Positions 1-7,432 of a stretch of 35,938 nucleotides of DNA are shown piece after piece. The first letter of the stretch is position 1; every line of letters begins with the position of its first letter. The DNA comes from a virus (lineage: Duplodnaviria; Caudoviricetes): positions 1-35,938 of IMG/VR virus record IMGVR_UViG_3300006129_000017; one strand, written 5' to 3'. The notes below the pieces were generated by a model that was not told the DNA's origin, did no database searches, and saw only the letters and a program-made list of their open reading frames with translations. The position numbers and the translations under genes are program-made.

Positions 1-1463
1 GAAGTTGCGTTTTGTATACGCATGCAAGAAATTACGCATTGATCAAATATTCCGCCAATTATGTAATTGTCTATACTTGGCTTTCCTTGGCCTGACCCGT
101 TTATATCTACACCATAATTCATAACGTTATATTCTGGGCGCAGAATATAGGTATCGGTGAAAGCCCCCGTCACCACAATGCCAACGGGGATGATTGACAG
201 CGCGCCGCCGTAGCTACCGGTGCAATCTTCAAAATAAACGCTTTCGATGTAATAAGGCGATACGCCGAATAGCGCGAGACACCAGTAAATATCGTTTGTC
301 GAAGTGCTGCCGTTCGATGAGCGAAACGCTACGATCCGATAAAACCGCGTTCCTACGATGTTGGCTATGTTAAGCGGAGTTGAGTGCCCATAGAAACCGC
401 CTGTGTTGATGTCTTCGAACACGCCGTAAAGCAGGAAGCGGCACTTAAGGCCCGATGGTGCGTTGATTTCATTGCCAGAAGCCGGCGGCGTCACTGCATT
501 GTTGCGGGTCAACAGCAAGTTTTTGGCGCTGATATTCACCGCAAAAGAATTGATTGAACCGGGATCAGAAGCGAGGCCCGCATACACCACATCGGCGGTT
601 GCTGACTTAACGCAGATCTGCGTCCCGCCAGTGTTGTAAGGTGGCATTTTGCCATAGACATACCGGTTCGAAATGTTCCAGTTCCAAGTGCCCGACGTGT
701 AATACGTGACCAAATCAAGGTCGGTCAGCGGACACGCCGCGAAGCAAGCGTTCAACGCCGGCAAACAGTCGGCAGACGAATTGTTTACCGTGCATCCCCA
801 CCACTCGGGATAACCGATGGTTGCTGCGCCCGATCCAAATGACACCGCAGCGCTGCCACTGAAGCTAAACACTTGAGCGCGCGGGGCGGTGAAAAGACCG
901 TTGATTGTTAAGGTGATCGCCGTGGTAGCGGCGAACTTTGCGCCAGAAGCCATGATGATTGGCGAATTTAGCGTCTTGTTGGCGGTGAACTTGTAAGAGC
1001 CTGGAGGATAATAAACGGGAAGCCCGACGCTATCCGCAGCCGTCATTGCGGCGCTATCATCTGTTGTCCCGTCGCCCTTAGCCCCAAAATCTTTGACGCT
1101 GACGACATCGCCAAGCTTGCCGTTAGTCGAACGGGCCGAAGCGCCGGTGAGGGCAGCCAGATAAGTTGCATTAGACAAATCTGTAGATGCTGCAAGCGAA
1201 CCTGCGACTTGATCGTAAACCTGATTTCCCGAACTATCTTGGACGATCATCCGCACCAAGCCAGAAGCCCAGATCGCCGCTGATCCAAGCGAGTCCAGCG
1301 TGATCGGGTTGGTGTTCGCCGCGCTTCCGTTGGGGTCTTGGTAAGTCGTGACCGGCGTCGTGGTGCCGGGGATATAGGTCGCGACGGTTCCCCCCACCAA
1401 CGGGGCGCCGTTCGCGTTCACGAACTGCGACCGTCCCGGAACAACAGGCAGGTAAAGTGTCAT
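1..1463 (-). CDS. Tailspike / receptor-binding protein (3'-partial, runs off window edge)
   Basis: Not in the ORF track because it has no stop in the window. Hand translation from ATG at 1463 stays open to base 1: MTLYLPVVPGRSQFVNANGAPLVGGTVATYIPGTTTPVTTYQDPNGSAANTNPITLDSLG (podovirus head-binding-type N-terminus), then VVSVKDFGAKGDGTTDDSAA (start motif of pectate-lyase-like beta-helix). Sits at the P22 gene 9 position. Confidence 0.85.
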   Translation of the reverse strand, partial: MTLYLPVVPGRSQFVNANGAPLVGGTVATYIPGTTTPVTTYQDPNGSAANTNPITLDSLGSAAIWASGLVRMIVQDSSGNQVYDQVAGSLAASTDLSNATYLAALTGASARSTNGKLGDVVSVKDFGAKGDGTTDDSAAMTAADSVGLPVYYPPGSYKFTANKTLNSPIIMASGAKFAATTAITLTINGLFTAPRAQVFSFSGSAAVSFGSGAATIGYPEWWGCTVNNSSADCLPALNACFAACPLTDLDLVTYYTSGTWNWNISNRYVYGKMPPYNTGGTQICVKSATADVVYAGLASDPGSINSFAVNISAKNLLLTRNNAVTPPASGNEINAPSGLKCRFLLYGVFEDINTGGFYGHSTPLNIANIVGTRFYRIVAFRSSNGSTSTNDIYWCLALFGVSPYYIESVYFEDCTGSYGGALSIIPVGIVVTGAFTDTYILRPEYNVMNYGVDINGSGQGKPSIDNYIIGGIFDQCVISCMRIQNAT

Positions 1464-1511
1464 CAGATCCGCCTTTCGGGGGGCCTTTGAATTTTCGGGA
1501 TGGGTGAAATG

Positions 1512-1538
1512 AAAAGGGCGGCCCGAAGACCGCCCTTT
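1512..1538 (-). terminator. Rho-independent terminator closing the pentamer-array transcript
   Basis: Minus strand AAAGGGCGGTC-TTCG-GGCCGCCCTTTT: GC stem, cUUCGg tetraloop and T-run, 3 nt after the last pentamer. Confidence 0.8.
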
Positions 1539-1541
1539 GTT

Positions 1542-1669
1542 GGGACCAGCGTTGACTCGCCAGACCGTGCGCTGCCTTAACTTAACGCGCCTCGCCTAGC
1601 CTGCCACGCCATGCGTTGCCCCGCCGTGCCGCGCCAGACCTTGGCTGGCCAAGCCGTGCCTCGCCTGCC
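1542..1669 (-). ncRNA. Pentamer (GGY-NN) array, two 64-nt units; putative guide-RNA array of the adjacent Cas7-like protein
   Basis: Unit 1 (1669-1606): GGCA GGCGA GGCAC GGCTT GGCCA GCCAA GGTCT GGCGC GGCAC GGCGG GGCAA CGCAT GGCGT. Unit 2 (1605-1542): GGCA GGCTA GGCGA GGCGC GTTAA GTTAA GGCAG CGCAC GGTCT GGCGA GTCAA CGCTG GTCCC. 16/24 pentamers begin with exact GGY and 24/24 have a pyrimidine at position 3. The repeat is directly visible; the RNA role is inferred. Confidence 0.75.
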
Positions 1670-1681
1670 TCGTTTCGACCC

Positions 1682-2155
1682 CTATTCGGCGGGTCGAGCC
1701 TGATCGATCACCGCGAAAATCCGCGACAACTCGGTCAGCTCTGCGTAGCGCTTCCGCCATGCCTCCAGATCGCGCCAGGCCCTTTCCAGAACCTGTTTGC
1801 GAAGGTCCGCGTCACTCATCGCGACCGACGAGCTGACGTAGGATCGTTCTTCGTCGCGGGCGACATTGAGGAATGCCCGGACGTGCTTGGGGTCCTCAAC
1901 GTTCGACCGCGACACGTTCACCGTGATGGACCGGATCAGTTCCCCGGCCTGCGACAGCCGATGTTGTTCGGCCGCAATGCTGTCGTCCCATTCGAAGTGG
2001 TCGTGCAGCGCGCTGTTCGCACTCCGCGCTCGCTCAAGAACGGTTTCGGGCGTCAGTGCCCCGGCTTCCCTTTCGATCCGCGTCATTTCGCGACCGGCCT
2101 TGTTCGGGTCGATGCGAACCCGCGAACCTGGGCGCCATGCGTAACTCACCGACAT
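1682..2155 (-). CDS. Conserved phage hypothetical protein, 157 aa; accessory gene of the Cas7-like operon
   Basis: Overlaps the 3' end of the Cas7-like gene by 10 nt, with GGGGAGG SD upstream. Motif LTPETVLERARSANSALHDHFEWDDSIAAEQHRLSQAGELIRSI. Confidence 0.8.
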   Translation of the reverse strand: MSVSYAWRPGSRVRIDPNKAGREMTRIEREAGALTPETVLERARSANSALHDHFEWDDSIAAEQHRLSQAGELIRSITVNVSRSNVEDPKHVRAFLNVARDEERSYVSSSVAMSDADLRKQVLERAWRDLEAWRKRYAELTELSRIFAVIDQARPAE

Positions 2156-2790
2156 GGCAATTCCTCCCCGGTGCGGGCGACGTGGAACCGGCCATAGACG
2201 CCGTCACGCTCGGGTCGCCAATCGCCGATTCCGACGCCAAAGCCGCCGGCCTCGATCAAGCTGAGAATTTGCTCCGCTGACAGGGCGTTGCGGTTGAACT
2301 GGACCCGCAGCACTGCGCCCCACGGACTGAACTCCGCTCGGTGGCGAATATCTGCCGTGCCCATGCCGACCCGCGCAATATCCTCGCGCATCGACGGCGC
2401 CGGACCGAGAATTTCGACATACTCCCCAAGGACGTGAAAACACTGCCGGGCCATGACTTTCGTCAAACCACCCATGGTCGTCACCGACGTGATCGCCGCG
2501 GCTTTGAAAGCGATGGATGGAAATCCGAACCGACCGTTTTCGACATCTTCCTCGGTTGGGGCGGTCGGCGCTCCATCCAGCCAATACATGCTTTCGCAAA
2601 AATCCGCCCAAGGGTCCTTGGCCACCCTTCCCACGCTGGCCTTCTTCATTTGCTTCGCGAGCATTTGCGTGCGGGCTTTTTTGGACCACGCGTGGCAGAT
2701 CAGCGGCGAATCCCCAATGATCGGGACATCGATCGTTTCAAGTGCAAGCGGCGGGATTTCCACCGCCGTGGATTTCGCTGCAGCGGCCAT
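2146..2790 (-). CDS. Stand-alone Cas7/RAMP-superfamily-like RNA-binding protein, 214 aa
   Basis: RAMP-like motif order: first strand IIGDSPLICH, GFPSIAFKAA helix, DIRHRAEFSPWGAVLRVQF, and a C-terminal glycine-rich loop GGFGVGIGDWRPERDGVYGRFHV. No other cas genes in the window. Confidence 0.75.
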   Translation of the reverse strand: MAAAAKSTAVEIPPLALETIDVPIIGDSPLICHAWSKKARTQMLAKQMKKASVGRVAKDPWADFCESMYWLDGAPTAPTEEDVENGRFGFPSIAFKAAAITSVTTMGGLTKVMARQCFHVLGEYVEILGPAPSMREDIARVGMGTADIRHRAEFSPWGAVLRVQFNRNALSAEQILSLIEAGGFGVGIGDWRPERDGVYGRFHVARTGEELPCR

Positions 2791-3059
2791 CAGAGCGCCC
2801 CCATCAGCGAATTGCGGATGCGGATATTCGCCCCGACCGCTCGACCCGTCGCCGCGTCGATGTGAATGAACAGCCCAGGCTGATCTTCGATGAACGCGTC
2901 GCCCGACAGCGTGAGCCGCATCGCACGGACCATGCTGTCAGCACGACGGTAAGCCGCCTCCAGTTCAGCGTCTCGGGCGGGCCCTGCGCGACGAAGAACC
3001 TCCGCCGGCAATGCCGGAGACTTTTTGGGCGCAGATGTGATATTGGCGTTTTCAGCCAT
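2790..3059 (-). CDS. Hypothetical protein, 89 aa; first gene of the Cas7-like operon
   Basis: AGGAGG SD upstream of ATG 3059; TGATG stop/start overlap with the next gene. Confidence 0.75.
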   Translation of the reverse strand: MAENANITSAPKKSPALPAEVLRRAGPARDAELEAAYRRADSMVRAMRLTLSGDAFIEDQPGLFIHIDAATGRAVGANIRIRNSLMGAL

Positions 3060-3092
3060 GGTCCGATCCTCCTAGCGGTCGGTTTGTGGTTA

Positions 3093-3127
3093 GGGCGGCT
3101 TGGGGTGTTCGAGACCCCTTGTCGCCC
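3093..3127 (-). other. 5' leader stem-loop of the Cas7-like operon
   Basis: GGGCGAC-AA-GGGGT-CTCGAAC-ACCCC-AA-GCCGCCC immediately downstream of the predicted -10. Confidence 0.6.
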
Positions 3128-3131
3128 GACG

Positions 3132-3160
3132 TTTATGGCGCTATAAATTCTCCATGTCAA
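3132..3160 (-). promoter_or_regulatory. Sigma70-type promoter driving the Cas7-like operon
   Basis: Minus strand TTGACA (3160-3155), 17-nt spacer, CATAAA (3137-3132). Confidence 0.65.
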
Positions 3161-3179
3161 ACGTTTTTAGCGCCAAAAA
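3132..3179. promoter_or_regulatory. Pair of inverted 16-bp operators, probably bound by the RHH protein
   Basis: TTTATGGCGCTATAAA (3132-3147) and TTTTTAGCGCCAAAAA (3164-3179). The second matches the reverse complement of the first at 14/16. One covers the -10, the other lies just upstream of the -35. Confidence 0.65.
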
Positions 3180-3354
3180 GAAAACCGGACGCCCTCGAAT
3201 TGACAGCGAGGCGGTCAACGTTCGTTTTCCAAGATCTACCCTTGAGATCATCGACGCCTGGATCGCGCGCCGTCCCGATCCCAAGCCTACGCGTCCTGAA
3301 GTGATCCGCGAAGCCATTGTGGCGCTTGAAAAACTGGGCGGATTTTCCGAGTAG
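3154..3354 (+). CDS. Ribbon-helix-helix (Arc/Mnt/CopG-like) repressor
   Basis: KKKTGRPRIDSEAVNVRFPRSTLEIIDAWIARRPDPKPTRPEVIREAI: alternating beta strand followed by two helices. Divergent from the operon. Exact start uncertain. Confidence 0.8.
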   Translation: MSNVFSAKKKTGRPRIDSEAVNVRFPRSTLEIIDAWIARRPDPKPTRPEVIREAIVALEKLGGFSE

Positions 3355-3421
3355 CGCGACCGTCTGGCCAATTTCGCAATCCGTGTTAATTTTCCCTTCG
3401 CGCAGGTGCGTGGGGACCCCT

Positions 3422-3694
3422 ATGTCAATTGATCAGCTTTCGCCGTTTTGGCAGGGCGCCGTCATTCTGACGGGTAGCGCGTGCGGGACCTTCGCATACG
3501 CACTTGGGCAAAAACTCGCTGACATGGGGACGGATGCCCTATCAAGGCTTTGGAGCCGGCGCAAAAAGCCGGTTCGAGCTGTCATTACGGTCCTTCAGCC
3601 CGATGATCCCCGGCACAACGCTCTCTCGCGCGACGCTGCCAAGGCTAAGCGCATTGGTGGGGGCCAAGCCAGCGGCGTCGAGCGACCCAGTTAG
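3422..3694 (+). CDS. Small predicted membrane protein, overlapping the 3' end of the gp16-like gene in antisense
   Basis: MSIDQLSPFWQGAVILTGSACGTFAYALGQKL hydrophobic N-terminus followed by basic RRKK; 153-nt convergent overlap. Confidence 0.45.
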   Translation: MSIDQLSPFWQGAVILTGSACGTFAYALGQKLADMGTDALSRLWSRRKKPVRAVITVLQPDDPRHNALSRDAAKAKRIGGGQASGVERPS

Positions 3695-5974
3695 GGCTTT
3701 CTGGTAGAACTTCGATTGCAACGCAGCCTCCAGCGCCTTGCGCCCGGCGAAGGTTCCCATCCGAAGGCCGCCGAGGCCAAGCGTCGCCAATCCCGTCGTC
3801 ACCGCAGCGTCGGGCTGATGGGCGAACATCAGGCCAGTTTCTGCAAGTCCGCCAAGCCCGAAACCGCTTTCCAAAAGTCGATTCACCATCGACCTGGACG
3901 CGGTGCCAGAGTCGGCTGGCTGTTTCAGGAAATTTTGTCCGATGTCTGACAATTCGCCGAGGTCGCCCGCTCCTTGGAACGCACGGTTTTTGAAATTGGC
4001 GTTCACGCGGCCTTGCAACAGCGCGGGTGAGATTTGACCGTCCGGGCCAGCCTTCGCGACCAACGGCGCCAGCGTCATCAGATTTTTGTATTGCAGCCGC
4101 GCCTTTTGAAGATCTGCAAGGTCCTCGGCCGTCGCCGACTTTTCCAGCGTGTCATCAAGCGCGTTTCGGATTTGGCCCGCATAGAACCGGATGTTTGGGT
4201 TCGACGAGGACATCGCAGCATCAAGGGGAGCGCCCTTGCGGGTGAGCGCCTGGTAGGCTTCCCCGGGAATGATCCGGGAACCTGTGCCGCCGTCTTTCGC
4301 GACAGAACCGATTCCCTCGATCTGTTTCAAAAGCGGTTTCAGCTCATTGTCGCCCAGCACTTGAGAAGCTTCGTGCGCGATATCGCCGAGCTTGGTCTGC
4401 AAGTCGTCGATTCCGGTAAGCGAAGTGTTGGCCGCCACGCGATTGAACACGTCGCCGATGTCGGACTTCGCCTGCGCCATCACTTCCGGCGTCAGTTTGT
4501 CGCTGTCGGCGCCAATGGTCTTTGCTAGCGCGCTCGTGAATTGACGCCCTTGCGTCGCGTTGCCTTTGGCCACGCTGCTGACGGGCATCTTCGACAGTTG
4601 CGAGTCCAAGTAGCCCATGAAGGGAGTTTGAGCGATTTGCGAACCGCGAAGGTCTATGCCGTATTTGTTCACCGCGGTGTCAGCCAGCGACCGGATTTCG
4701 GGCGAAACGGAACTTGCCCCGCCCAGCGCGTCGACGCCCTTCATCAAGGCGTTTCCGCCGCCGGCCAGCGCGCCGCCCAACAGCATATTGGTCCGCAGCT
4801 GGTCGCCAATCCGCTGACCCGTTGCGTCTGGAACGGCGCCGGCGTTCGTCAGGCCCGTAATTGCCACGCCCTCGCCCGCGCCTTTTGCGGCGTTACCCAT
4901 AATCGACAAAATCGGGTTGGCCGCTATTTCGGCGATTTGAGGCGACTTCATCAAAAGGTACGCGCCAGCTCGAGCTGCGCCGCCGGTCGCAAGAACGGCC
5001 GGAATGGTTTCGCCTGCGACCTGGCCCACCATGGCGGCTGGGGAATTGCCATACCGACTTTCAAACATCAGTCGATTGCCGAGGAGCGCGTTTCCGGCCG
5101 CCGAGTCCTTCGGAGCAACCACGTTGCCAATTGACTGAAGAAGGTTCAGCGGTCCCTGCGCGAGGCCGGCGCCGAAGTTCTCAGCGGTTGTTGGCTTCGC
5201 AGCGTCAGTCGGCTGGAACACGCGGCCATTGGCATCGACGACCCAATCCGAATGGGGTTTGGTCGGATCAAACGCAGCCTGATCTGCGGTCGCAATCGCG
5301 TGCGGGTTCTTCTGTGAACCCACGGGCGCATTGGGGTCGAATTGGCCAGCGGCGGCCAAAGCGTGAAAAGCCGCGCTTTGGTTCTTGGAGTAGACGTGCA
5401 GCCCAAACGGATCGACCATGTCTTCTGCGACACCGCCGAACGTCCCCGATTGGGCCATCTGCAAAGCTTGCTCCGGCGTGATCGGTTGCGCCGGCGGCGC
5501 AGAGGTTTGCGCTGGATGCTCACCCGTCGCCAAAGCCAGCGCCTCTTCGGGCGTCATCGACCTGGTCGCGCCCGCCGATCCGAAGAACAAATGGTTCCCG
5601 ATCTTGACGCCCGAGCCATCGTCAAACGAGGGCTTGGAACGGCCGTCTGACGCTTGAAGGCTGGGGGCGTAAAAATTCTGAAACGGAAGGCTGACGTCCC
5701 CGTTGTAGACCGGGCGAATGGTGCTCAGCACATCCTGATACTGCGGGTCAGTTGGCTTGATGGCGAGCAGTTTCGCGCGGGTCTGAGGGTTGCCCCAGGA
5801 CTCGAACTGGTTCGGTTGGGAAACGACGTCGCTAACCGCCAGTTTGTTTTGCCGAGCCCTGTTGAGAATTACAGACGCCACGGCCTGCCTTCCCTGAGGC
5901 GGCTCGCCTCCAGCCTCCCCGATCACCGCTCTAACGAGGGTGTCGAGATCCGGCGCGACGGTATCGTCAGCCAT
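3542..5974 (-). CDS. Ejection (DNA transfer) protein, gp16 position, with N-terminal SleB/Hydrolase_2-like cell-wall hydrolase domain
   Basis: LVRAVIGEAGGEPPQGRQAVASVILNRA...VVSQPNQFE...KIGNHLFF motifs, then an Ala/Gly-rich helical body; last of three ejection genes. Confidence 0.8.
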   Translation of the reverse strand: MADDTVAPDLDTLVRAVIGEAGGEPPQGRQAVASVILNRARQNKLAVSDVVSQPNQFESWGNPQTRAKLLAIKPTDPQYQDVLSTIRPVYNGDVSLPFQNFYAPSLQASDGRSKPSFDDGSGVKIGNHLFFGSAGATRSMTPEEALALATGEHPAQTSAPPAQPITPEQALQMAQSGTFGGVAEDMVDPFGLHVYSKNQSAAFHALAAAGQFDPNAPVGSQKNPHAIATADQAAFDPTKPHSDWVVDANGRVFQPTDAAKPTTAENFGAGLAQGPLNLLQSIGNVVAPKDSAAGNALLGNRLMFESRYGNSPAAMVGQVAGETIPAVLATGGAARAGAYLLMKSPQIAEIAANPILSIMGNAAKGAGEGVAITGLTNAGAVPDATGQRIGDQLRTNMLLGGALAGGGNALMKGVDALGGASSVSPEIRSLADTAVNKYGIDLRGSQIAQTPFMGYLDSQLSKMPVSSVAKGNATQGRQFTSALAKTIGADSDKLTPEVMAQAKSDIGDVFNRVAANTSLTGIDDLQTKLGDIAHEASQVLGDNELKPLLKQIEGIGSVAKDGGTGSRIIPGEAYQALTRKGAPLDAAMSSSNPNIRFYAGQIRNALDDTLEKSATAEDLADLQKARLQYKNLMTLAPLVAKAGPDGQISPALLQGRVNANFKNRAFQGAGDLGELSDIGQNFLKQPADSGTASRSMVNRLLESGFGLGGLAETGLMFAHQPDAAVTTGLATLGLGGLRMGTFAGRKALEAALQSKFYQKALTGSLDAAGLAPTNALSLGSVARESVVPGIIGLKDRNDSSNRLFAPAPKP

Positions 5975-7428
5975 CACTTGGTTCCCCGGTTATACAGGTC
6001 AAGAACCCCAGAGTTATGCGCGTCGGCCAAGGTTTGCGCGAAGGCCCCTTGTTCTTGCTTCGGAATAGACGCGGCAAGCGCCTTAAATTGCGACGGGGTC
6101 ATGGTGTTCGCCAACAAAGCGCGCGGGTCGTGTTCGCTGGACCATTTCGCCGCCCAATCCAAATATTCCGATTTTGGAAGACCGGCATTTCGCCAAGCCG
6201 TCATCTGCAGCTTGTCCATGCTTTCAAGGGCAATAGCAGCTTTGGTTAATTGAGCCGCAGCAAGTCCGCTGATATGGGTATTCGGATTTCCGGTAAGGGC
6301 CGAGGCAAGTTTGGCGTCTGTCGCTTGACCATATTGACCAGATTTCGCTTGCGCGTATTGCGTCATGTATTTGTTAAGCTGGTCGTAACTCGAAACGTCA
6401 TTCGCGTTAATGCCAGCAGCTTTGGCGAGGTTAGGATCAAGGGCCTGGAAAAAGCTTTTTGCGTTGTTGAGCGCTTGCGTGCCCGGTCCCGTGGTTGTGT
6501 TGCTGAGATTGGAAAGCATTTCGTGAAGCTGAAAGAGACGCGTTCCTTGGCCGTTAAGATTGTTTTGCGCCGCGACAAGCGCCTTGCCGGATGAAAGGCC
6601 GACCTCATTTCGAGCCTCCGGCTCACCAAGCGGAAGGCTGGTTGGGATTCCAACGGGCGTGGTGCCGTTTTGCTGCGCTTGGAACACTTCTCCCTTAGTG
6701 AACACTCGTCCCGCGCCGGTTTTTTCGTCGATGGCAGTATAAGCCGGACTGGTAGCTTCGGCCGGGCTAAGGCCATTGGCGATAAAGCCCGTTTGCTTTC
6801 GAACGCCTGTGACTAGATTTTGCAGCCCGATGACGGTTCCGGCGCCGTTTGAGGTTTCGGTGACCTTGCCCGCCGTCAGCTCCAGTTGCTTTTCGGCGTC
6901 GAGGGTTTGGGCGTAGTGCTGAATCCCCCATTGCTGAAGCGTCGCCGGGTCCTTCGGCATGGTGGCCAGAAGCTGCGTCACGTCGTTGACGCTGCCGATG
7001 CCGCGTCGAACCATTTCGACGCCAAGGTTCATGTAATCTTGTGGCGTGGAATTTGGGTTGAGCGCGAGAGGTCCGAGGGATTGTGAAATAAACCCGATCT
7101 TCTGCCTTTGGAGATCGAATGATTTCGTATCGGTTTCGACCTGCTGCTGCTTGCGGTCCTGGGCCTGCTTCGCCAGATCCCCGGCCATCCACGCGGTGGC
7201 AGGGTTGGACGCCGCGCCGGCCATGAGCTTGTTGGCGTCGAGCTGGCCCGTCGTGGGGTCGATGGCGCCCTGGTAGACCTGTCCGAGCGCGTTTCGGGCG
7301 TCGAGGGTCTGTTGGTTGGACTCGTTCTGGATCAAAGCATTCTTCAACGCCAGCGCCTGCCCCACAGTTTCAAGGGGGTTCGGCGGAGTCGATTTGCCCT
7401 GCAGGATGATGCTCGGATCAAGCGGCAT
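5974..7428 (-). CDS. Ejection (DNA transfer) protein, gp20 position
   Basis: Start MPLDPSIIL with GGAGG SD; Gln/Ala-rich; syntenic with P22 genes 7-20-16. Confidence 0.7.
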   Translation of the reverse strand: MPLDPSIILQGKSTPPNPLETVGQALALKNALIQNESNQQTLDARNALGQVYQGAIDPTTGQLDANKLMAGAASNPATAWMAGDLAKQAQDRKQQQVETDTKSFDLQRQKIGFISQSLGPLALNPNSTPQDYMNLGVEMVRRGIGSVNDVTQLLATMPKDPATLQQWGIQHYAQTLDAEKQLELTAGKVTETSNGAGTVIGLQNLVTGVRKQTGFIANGLSPAEATSPAYTAIDEKTGAGRVFTKGEVFQAQQNGTTPVGIPTSLPLGEPEARNEVGLSSGKALVAAQNNLNGQGTRLFQLHEMLSNLSNTTTGPGTQALNNAKSFFQALDPNLAKAAGINANDVSSYDQLNKYMTQYAQAKSGQYGQATDAKLASALTGNPNTHISGLAAAQLTKAAIALESMDKLQMTAWRNAGLPKSEYLDWAAKWSSEHDPRALLANTMTPSQFKALAASIPKQEQGAFAQTLADAHNSGVLDLYNRGTK

Positions 7429-7432
7429 GATC

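Noticed and set aside
1542-1669. Canonical CRISPR array or simple microsatellite
   Set aside because: No 25-40-nt identical repeats with spacers, and the last two bases of the pentamers vary widely, unlike slippage repeats.
1616-2197. 193-aa plus-strand ORF starting in the array
   Set aside because: Antisense shadow of the 157-aa gene; TTG start without SD and low-complexity Pro/Arg start derived from the repeat.
3164-3190. Self-target of array unit 2 in the RHH gene start (GCnAAnAAnA.nAC)
   Set aside because: Only four dinucleotides match; flanking ones do not. Consistent with chance.
4139-4152. Partial match of unit 2 (ACnCTnGAnAA) in the gp16-like gene
   Set aside because: Four of twelve dinucleotides only; expected by chance in 36 kb.
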